This document shows positions 25,221 to 32,000 of a stretch of 32,000 nucleotides of DNA, one piece after another. The translations under genes and the position numbers were made by a program. Each line of letters opens with the position of its first letter. The first letter of the stretch is position 1. A model generated the notes under the pieces. That model ran no database searches, was not told the DNA's origin, and worked only from the letters and a program-made list of their open reading frames with translations. The DNA is from Alkanindiges sp. WGS2144 (GTDB lineage: Bacteria; Pseudomonadota; Gammaproteobacteria; Pseudomonadales; Moraxellaceae): NCBI RefSeq assembly GCF_043950625.1, contig NZ_CP171007.1. One strand, written 5' to 3'.

Positions 25221-26315
25221 ATGCAAACGCTACATGTTGAGCTGGGGTCACGTCGTTATCCAATTTTTATTGGCAGCCAGCTTTCTGTTACAGATTGCCT
25301 GCTACCGTATGTGAATGGGCAACAGGTGATGATTGTCAGCAATGACACGGTAGCACCACTGTATCTGGCCGAATACCAAACTGCACTTGAGCAGGCAGGC
25401 AAACAGGTAGCCACCTGTGTTTTGCCTGATGGCGAAGCCTATAAAAATATTGAAACCCTCAACCTTATTTTTGATGCGCTGCTTGGTGCTCGTTTTCACC
25501 GCGATTGCACCGTGCTAGCTTTGGGGGGTGGCGTGGTAGGAGATATGGCAGGTTTTGCCGCTGCCAGTTTTCAGCGCGGTGTGGATTTTGTTCAAGTACC
25601 AACTACTTTACTGTCGCAAGTGGATTCCAGCGTGGGTGGCAAAACCGGAATTAATCACCCATTAGGCAAAAACATGATTGGTGCATTCAAGCAGCCTAAA
25701 GTAGTCATGGCTGATATGGCACAATTGTCCACATTACCGGATCGTGAATTATCTGCTGGCTTGGCAGAAGTGATTAAATACGCCCTGTTGGGAGACGTTG
25801 AGTTTCTGACTTGGCTAGAAGCCAATATGCCTGCTCTAGTTACACGCGATGAGCAAGTACTGGCACAAGCAGTCTATCGCTCCTGTGCTCACAAGGCGCG
25901 TATTGTGGCGGCTGATGAGCATGAGCACGGGGATCGCGCTTTGCTGAATCTGGGCCATACCTTTGGTCATGCGATTGAGGCTTATCTGGGTTATGGTGAA
26001 TGGTTGCATGGCGAGGCAGTCGCGGCGGGTATGGTGATGGCCGCCGATTTGTCCTGCCGCTTAGGCTGGATTAAGCCGGTAGATGTTGAGCGGGTACGGG
26101 CAATTTTACAGCAAGCCAGTTTGCCCGTGGTTTGCCCGCCTATTCCGGTTGAGCAATTTTTGGCATTGATGGCTCAGGATAAAAAAGTACTGGCTGGACA
26201 ATTGCGCTTGGTTTTGTTTAAACAGCTGGGGCAGGCCGTGATTAGCCGTGATGTAAGTATTGCTTTAATTGAGCAGACCATTCTGGCCTGCCAACAACCG
26301 GGGCAGTGGGCATGA
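25221..26315 (+). CDS. aroB: 3-dehydroquinate synthase
   Basis: The 364-aa product has [55 protein letters not shown] and the metal-site motif [11 protein letters not shown]. Confidence 0.95.
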   Translation: MQTLHVELGSRRYPIFIGSQLSVTDCLLPYVNGQQVMIVSNDTVAPLYLAEYQTALEQAGKQVATCVLPDGEAYKNIETLNLIFDALLGARFHRDCTVLALGGGVVGDMAGFAAASFQRGVDFVQVPTTLLSQVDSSVGGKTGINHPLGKNMIGAFKQPKVVMADMAQLSTLPDRELSAGLAEVIKYALLGDVEFLTWLEANMPALVTRDEQVLAQAVYRSCAHKARIVAADEHEHGDRALLNLGHTFGHAIEAYLGYGEWLHGEAVAAGMVMAADLSCRLGWIKPVDVERVRAILQQASLPVVCPPIPVEQFLALMAQDKKVLAGQLRLVLFKQLGQAVISRDVSIALIEQTILACQQPGQWA

Positions 26316-27346
26316 ACCGCAGTTTAGTCTGGCGCACTATTCAAAATAGCACATGGTTGCTCGGCGGCTTTGGCATGCTTGGAGTGGCCTTTTTTTTGTG
26401 GATCGGCGTGCAAATTCACCAGCGCATTGTGATAGAAAAACCGCCACAGGATGACGTACCGGTTGAACCTGAAAAAGTAAAGTTTTCTCCTACTTTGGGA
26501 ATGATGACTGATATTGTGCCGGTTCTGGATTTAACCCAGTCATCGACCCAAAGCTCACATGTTGCTGAGTTCCGAGGAGCTGATTTTATCAAGAGTCAGT
26601 CGGATCGCTGGTTTTTGCAGATTATGGATGTCACTCAGGAAGAAGTGATTAAAAGTTATCTGGCTAACCGTACTGACCGTAAGCAGTTTGCCTATTTTCG
26701 TTATGTAGAGCCACAACAGCCGGAGCGTTATTTACTCACTTACGGTAGTTTTAATTCGGTGACACAGGCGCTTGAAGCATCTAAAAAAGTCAGTTTTGAT
26801 TTGCCATCCAGCATTAAAATCCAGCCACAGCGTTTTTCCTCACTTAAAAAATTTGTTAAGGATGATGTAGGTGCTGAAGTTAAGATCACTAACCTAAGCG
26901 GTAGTAATAAAATTTATCAGGTAAAATTGCGTGCCGTTCCAGTACCGGTAGAAACGCCAGCAGTAACCGATCCAGTATCTAGTCCGGGATCCGATTCGCC
27001 GTCCATTGAACCTACTGATTTGACCAATAACGCTCAGGCAGGGAATACGTCTATCTCTGCAAATAATAGTATAGCCCCGAATAGACCGGGTAATACGACG
27101 GTGCCAACCAGTTCAGGATTGACTGCCAATAGGGCAACCAATAATGGAGCAGCGGGTTCTGTAGCCAATGCGGTTAACAGTACGACCAGCGCGAACCCAG
27201 CCAATAGCAATACCATAAATAACGGTGCTGGTAATCCCAATACTGTTCGGTCTGTCCCTGTCACACCTAACCGCTCAACCAGTACTTCGCAGGCATCAGC
27301 ACCTGCTACTGAAAGCCCGGCACCCATTGTTGACCCGTTCAATTAG
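26312..27346 (+). CDS. Inner-membrane SPOR-like (DamX-like) protein with a long S/T/N/P-rich C-terminal tail
   Basis: ATG 26312 overlaps the aroB TGA (ATGA). There is one TM helix ([19 protein letters not shown]) and a SPOR-like block, [20 protein letters not shown]...[35 protein letters not shown]. About 130 aa of low-complexity sequence follows. The position after aroB matches damX-like genes. Confidence 0.65.
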   Translation: MNRSLVWRTIQNSTWLLGGFGMLGVAFFLWIGVQIHQRIVIEKPPQDDVPVEPEKVKFSPTLGMMTDIVPVLDLTQSSTQSSHVAEFRGADFIKSQSDRWFLQIMDVTQEEVIKSYLANRTDRKQFAYFRYVEPQQPERYLLTYGSFNSVTQALEASKKVSFDLPSSIKIQPQRFSSLKKFVKDDVGAEVKITNLSGSNKIYQVKLRAVPVPVETPAVTDPVSSPGSDSPSIEPTDLTNNAQAGNTSISANNSIAPNRPGNTTVPTSSGLTANRATNNGAAGSVANAVNSTTSANPANSNTINNGAGNPNTVRSVPVTPNRSTSTSQASAPATESPAPIVDPFN

Positions 27347-27850
27347 GCTGCGCATTTTTGGTGCACTTTGCGCAATGCTGGTGCAGGGATCAGCCTATTA
27401 TTTATATGCTTTGGAGATATGATTTTATAGGCGAAATAAGCAGGAGTTTATAAAAATATTTTTAATAATCAGTAACTTGAATTCTAATGATACAGCCGAC
27501 CTATTTTAATTAATTTCAAGCCAGTAAGAAACCAGTAAATTTTTTTGGACTAGTTACATTTTTTCCAGGCAAAAATATTTATTTTACCAATTTTGATCTG
27601 TAAAATAGCTGCCCGTTTTTTTGCATGAACAATTTTTTTGTCTTTTTTTTATGCACCATTGTGGAACACGTTGCTTGAGGGTGAATAGCTTTCATGGCGC
27701 ATCAACACTTGGATGGGTTAGCAAGGCAGATGAAAAGTGAAGTTAAAAGCGGTTGCTGGGCATAATTCTTTCACTGGCTTCCCTGTCCTGATAGTTATGC
27801 TCTAAGTTCTTTAAACCACGCTTAGGCTGGTATTTTTAAAAGGGTACGCT

Positions 27851-30800
27851 ATGCACATGTCGTCGCTTAATACTTTAGCTCCCAGTTTTGTTGCGTCCAA
27901 TCCGGTAGCTCCCGCTCCATCTGCTACACAGGGTTTATATCAACCAGATGAGTTTCGCGATAACTGCGGCTTTGGTTTGATTGCCCAGATGCAGGGTGAG
28001 GCGAGTCATCATTTGGTTCAAACCGCTATTCATAGTCTTAGCTGTATGACGCACCGCGGGGGTATTGCTGCTGACGGTAAGACGGGCGACGGCTGTGGTT
28101 TGTTGCTGGCAATGCCTAAAGCATTTTTTCGTGATGAAGCGCAAAAACTGGGCGTTACCCTAACGGATATTTTTGCGGTCGGTACTATATTTTTAAATAT
28201 TGATCCAGCTATTGCCCAGCATTCCCGTAAAATTTTAAATGCAGAAATACAGGCAGAAGGGCTTGAGGTCGCAAGCTGGCGTCAAGTACCAGTTGATGTC
28301 GGTATTTTAGGTGAAATTGCCCTGCGCTCCTTGCCTGCATTTGAGCAGGTTATGGTAAATAATCCGGAAAACCTGCCGGAAGCGGACTTTAACCGCAAGC
28401 TGTTTTTGGCGCGTCGTCGTGCAGAGCAAAAACTACAAAACGATCCGTTATTTTATGTCACTACGTTGGCAAGCACGGTCATTAGCTACAAAGGCTTAAT
28501 GATGCCTGCGGCAATTAGCGAATTTTATAAAGATCTGGCCAATGAACGTCTGGCATCGCATATTGTGGTGTTCCATCAGCGTTTTTCTACCAATACCTTG
28601 CCACGCTGGCCGCTGGCGCAGCCATTCCGTTATCTGGCACACAATGGTGAAATCAATACGATTACTGCCAACCGTAACTGGTCGGTTGCGCGTACACCAA
28701 AATTTGAAAATCCGTTATTGCCGGGCTTGCTGGATTTACAGCCACTGGTAAACCGTACGGGTTCAGACTCTTCCAGTATGGATAATATGCTGGAAATTCT
28801 AGTGGGTGGCGGTATGGACCTGTTCCGCGCCTTGCGCATGCTGGTGCCGCCAGCCTGGCAAAATGTGGAAACCATGGATTCTGATTTGCGTGCCTTTTAT
28901 GAGTTTAATTCCAAGCACATGGAAGCCTGGGATGGCCCGGCAGGTCTGGTGATTCAAAATGGTCGCTATGCCATTTGTATGCTGGATCGTAATGGTTTGC
29001 GTCCGGCACGCTGGGTGATTACCAATAATGGCTATATGACGCTGGCATCAGAAATTGGTGTCTGGAACTATAAACCCGAAGATGTGGTATCTAAAGGGCG
29101 TGTTGGCCCCGGGCAAATGCTGGTCATTGATACCCAGACTGGTGAATTGCTGGATACTGAGGCCATCAATAACCATTTAAAAGGTATGCGTCCTTACCGC
29201 CAGTGGCTACGTGAACATGCCTTAAAACTGCAAATTGATCCAGAGCAGGAAGAAGCCTTACTGGAAGATAGTCTGAAGGCGGACCCACTAAAAGCGGCAC
29301 AAAAAATGTTTTTGGTGTCATTTGAAGAGCGCGACCAGATCATTCGTCCGCTGGCCGAAAGTGGTCAGGAAGCCGTGGGCTCCATGGGGGATGACACGCC
29401 GATGGCTGTGCTATCCCGTCAGGTACGCCATGTGGCGGATTATTTCCGTCAGCAGTTTGCACAGGTCACCAATCCACCGATCGATCCGCTGCGTGAAGCG
29501 ATTGTGATGTCGCTGGAAACTTGTCTGGGCAGTGAACAAAATGTGTTTGAGCAAAGTCCAACCCATGCCAACCGCCTGATTATTTCCAGCCCGGTGCTGT
29601 CCAATGGCAAAATGGTACAGTTACGCAGCTTAAATCGGCCTGATTATGCGCTGGTTACGCTGGATTTAAACTATCCGGAAAGTGAAGGCTTGCAGGCAGC
29701 GCTACAGCGTATTTGTCAGGAAGCAGAACATGCAGTGCGTGATGGCCATAGCCTGCTGGTGCTGTCAGATAAAAACATTCGTGAAGGCTATTTACCTGCC
29801 AATGCTATTATGGCAACGGGCGCGGTGCACCATTATTTGATGCAGGTTGGTTTGCGTTGTGATGCCAATATTATTGTAGAAACTGGTCTGGCACGTGATC
29901 CACATCACTTTGCCGTGTTGCTGGGCTTTGGTGCGACTGCCGTTTATCCATATTTGGCTTATGACACCATTTACGAGCTGGTACAAAAAGGTGAACTGCT
30001 GGGTGATCCGGTGTATGCACAGTCCAATTTCCGTAAGGGCATTGAAAAGGGCCTGCTGAAAGTTCTATCCAAAATGGGCATTTCAACAGTTGCCTCTTAT
30101 CGTGGCGGACAGTTGTTTGAAGCTATTGGTTTATCTAGAGAAGTCGTAGAGCTGTGCTTTAAAGGAGTGCCAAGCCGTATTGCTGGCGCAAGCTTTACTG
30201 ATCTGGAAAACGACCAGAAAAAACTGGCACAACTGGCATGGCAGACCCGTAAGCCTTTGGATCAGGGTGGCTTACTCAAGTTTGTGTATAACAAGGAGTA
30301 TCATGCGTTTAATCCGGATGTGATTGCTGCCCTGCATAAAGCGGTTCGCTTTGGCAAATATGAAGATTTCCGCGAGTATGCCAATCTGGTCAATCATCGC
30401 CCGGTTGCCACGATTCGTGATCTGTTTAAGCTCAAAACTGACAACAGTATTACGCTGGATCAGGTAGAAAGCGTAGAAGATATCTTACCGCGCTTTGATT
30501 CTGCGGGTATGTCTTTGGGTGCACTGTCACCAGAAGCGCATGAATCGATTGCTATTGCCATGAACACCATTGGTGGTCGTTCCAACTCCGGTGAAGGTGG
30601 TGAAGACCCTGCGCGTTATGGCACGATACGTAACTCGAAAATCAAGCAAATTGCGTCTGGTCGCTTTGGGGTAACCCCGGCGTACCTGTGTTCTGCTGAA
30701 GTGTTGCAGATTAAGGTAGCGCAAGGTGCAAAACCGGGTGAAGGTGGACAATTGCCGGGTGGTAAGGTGAATGGCCTGATTGCGCGTCTGCGTTATTCGG

Positions 30801-32000
30801 TGCCGGGCGTGACCCTGATTTCGCCGCCACCCCATCACGATATTTATTCCATTGAAGATTTGTCGCAGTTAATTTTTGATCTAAAACAGGTCAATCCGCA
30901 GGCCATGGTATCGGTCAAGCTGGTGTCCGAGCCGGGCGTAGGTACGATTGCGGCAGGAGTTGCCAAAGCCTATGCCGATTTCATTACCATTTCTGGTTAT
31001 GATGGTGGCACAGCGGCTTCTCCTTTAAGTTCTATTCACTATGCTGGTTCTCCCTGGGAGTTAGGCTTGAGTGAAGCGCATCAGGCCCTACGCGTCAATG
31101 ATTTGCGTGGCAAGGTTCGCGTGCAAACTGACGGTGGCTTAAAAACCGGACTTGATGTGGTAAAAGCTGCCATTTTAGGTGCAGAAAGCTTTGGTTTTGG
31201 TTCAACCCCAATGATTGCGCTGGGCTGTAAATACCTGCGTATTTGTCACCTGAATAACTGCGCCACGGGCGTTGCGACCCAGCAAGATCACCTGCGTCAG
31301 GAACATTATATTGGCGAACCGGAAATGCTCATTAATTTCTTCCGCTTTATTGCTGAAGAAACCCGTGAATGGCTGGCTGCGCTGGGTGTGAGTTCATTAC
31401 GTGATCTGATTGGCCGTACCGATTTGCTGGAAGTGCTGCCGGGTGAAACCGATAAGCACGCCCATCTGGACTTAACTGCCTTACTGGCGACGCATCCAGC
31501 TGGTGAGGGCAAGGCGCAATATTGTGAAGTAAGCAGTAATGAGCCATTTGATAAAGGCTTGCTGGCTGAGCGCATGGTTGAAGTGATGTTGCCTGCGATT
31601 GAATCTGGTGAAGGCGGCAGTTTTGATTTCATTATTGGTAACTGTGACCGCTCAATTGGTGCCCGTGTTTCGGGTGAAATAGCCAGGCGTTATGGTAACT
31701 TGGGTATGGAAGTTGCTCCTGTCGTGGTTCACCTTAAGGGGACAGCAGGTCAGTCTTTAGGGGTCTGGAATGCGGGCGGCCTGCATTTGCGTCTGGAAGG
31801 TGATGCTAACGATTACGTTGGTAAAGGCATGGCTGGTGGACAAATTGCGATTTATCCGCCAAAAGGGTCGCCATTTAACACTCAGGACACCGCTATTATT
31901 GGGAATACCTGTCTGTATGGTGCGACAGGTGGCAAGCTATTTGCCGCAGGTACAGCAGGTGAGCGTTTTGCGGTGCGTAACTCAGGCAGCTTTGCGGTGA
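27851..32000 (+). CDS. gltB: Glutamate synthase (NADPH) large subunit, N-terminal ~1383 codons (continues beyond the right edge)
   Basis: My own translation from ATG 27851 (RBS AAGGG 6 nt upstream) gives [13 protein letters not shown]...[29 protein letters not shown]...[22 protein letters not shown]. The frame stays open to the window end (...[14 protein letters not shown]). It is absent from the ORF track because it is edge-truncated. Confidence 0.95.
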   Translation, partial: MHMSSLNTLAPSFVASNPVAPAPSATQGLYQPDEFRDNCGFGLIAQMQGEASHHLVQTAIHSLSCMTHRGGIAADGKTGDGCGLLLAMPKAFFRDEAQKLGVTLTDIFAVGTIFLNIDPAIAQHSRKILNAEIQAEGLEVASWRQVPVDVGILGEIALRSLPAFEQVMVNNPENLPEADFNRKLFLARRRAEQKLQNDPLFYVTTLASTVISYKGLMMPAAISEFYKDLANERLASHIVVFHQRFSTNTLPRWPLAQPFRYLAHNGEINTITANRNWSVARTPKFENPLLPGLLDLQPLVNRTGSDSSSMDNMLEILVGGGMDLFRALRMLVPPAWQNVETMDSDLRAFYEFNSKHMEAWDGPAGLVIQNGRYAICMLDRNGLRPARWVITNNGYMTLASEIGVWNYKPEDVVSKGRVGPGQMLVIDTQTGELLDTEAINNHLKGMRPYRQWLREHALKLQIDPEQEEALLEDSLKADPLKAAQKMFLVSFEERDQIIRPLAESGQEAVGSMGDDTPMAVLSRQVRHVADYFRQQFAQVTNPPIDPLREAIVMSLETCLGSEQNVFEQSPTHANRLIISSPVLSNGKMVQLRSLNRPDYALVTLDLNYPESEGLQAALQRICQEAEHAVRDGHSLLVLSDKNIREGYLPANAIMATGAVHHYLMQVGLRCDANIIVETGLARDPHHFAVLLGFGATAVYPYLAYDTIYELVQKGELLGDPVYAQSNFRKGIEKGLLKVLSKMGISTVASYRGGQLFEAIGLSREVVELCFKGVPSRIAGASFTDLENDQKKLAQLAWQTRKPLDQGGLLKFVYNKEYHAFNPDVIAALHKAVRFGKYEDFREYANLVNHRPVATIRDLFKLKTDNSITLDQVESVEDILPRFDSAGMSLGALSPEAHESIAIAMNTIGGRSNSGEGGEDPARYGTIRNSKIKQIASGRFGVTPAYLCSAEVLQIKVAQGAKPGEGGQLPGGKVNGLIARLRYSVPGVTLISPPPHHDIYSIEDLSQLIFDLKQVNPQAMVSVKLVSEPGVGTIAAGVAKAYADFITISGYDGGTAASPLSSIHYAGSPWELGLSEAHQALRVNDLRGKVRVQTDGGLKTGLDVVKAAILGAESFGFGSTPMIALGCKYLRICHLNNCATGVATQQDHLRQEHYIGEPEMLINFFRFIAEETREWLAALGVSSLRDLIGRTDLLEVLPGETDKHAHLDLTALLATHPAGEGKAQYCEVSSNEPFDKGLLAERMVEVMLPAIESGEGGSFDFIIGNCDRSIGARVSGEIARRYGNLGMEVAPVVVHLKGTAGQSLGVWNAGGLHLRLEGDANDYVGKGMAGGQIAIYPPKGSPFNTQDTAIIGNTCLYGATGGKLFAAGTAGERFAVRNSGSFAV

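Noticed and set aside
27347-27850. A sigma-54 promoter or a terminator hairpin (TGCGCA...TGCGCA at 27350..27374) upstream of gltB.
   Set aside because: There is no TGGCAC-N5-TTGC match. The TGCGCA pairing has a 13-nt loop and no following T-run.
1-32000. A search for an integrase, transposase, IS ends, CRISPR repeats, rRNA, or a recognisable toxin-antitoxin or defence operon.
   Set aside because: None was recognised in any frame. The only accessory DNA in view is the filamentous prophage segment at 1-6404.

Overview
The window has two parts. Positions 1 to about 6404 hold the right-hand portion of a filamentous (Inovirus-type) prophage. Positions 6405-32000 are ordinary core chromosome of a gammaproteobacterium whose synteny looks Moraxellaceae/Acinetobacter-like; that assignment is an inference from gene order only.

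The prophage genes run on the minus strand in this order: Rep_trans-type replication initiator, small ssDNA-binding-like protein, small TM protein, 79-aa major-coat-like protein, 620-aa pIII/TspB-like adsorption protein, small TM protein, and a Zot/pI-type assembly ATPase cut by the left edge. Upstream of Rep lie several unassigned early ORFs, one membrane-anchored ORF embedded antisense in the early operon, and a divergent HTH repressor-like gene. A dense GGAA/TTCC operator-like array sits between the divergent genes. The prophage abuts the 3' end of tRNA-Glu(UUC).

The core genes are: tRNA-Ala(GGC)/tRNA-Glu(UUC) operon, gltX, a split dcw cluster (rsmH-ftsL-ftsI-murE-murF-mraY, with no mraZ and a terminator after mraY), rlmA, ponA (PBP1A), pilMNOPQ-aroK-aroB, a SPOR-like membrane protein, and the 5' 4.1 kb of gltB running off the right edge.

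Two real genes are missing from the ORF track because they are edge-truncated: the Zot-like gene (1..459, minus) and gltB (27851..32000, plus). I saw no CRISPR array, integrase, transposase or rRNA. The parts most worth follow-up are the prophage regulatory/early region (about 4780-6480) and its junction with the tRNA.
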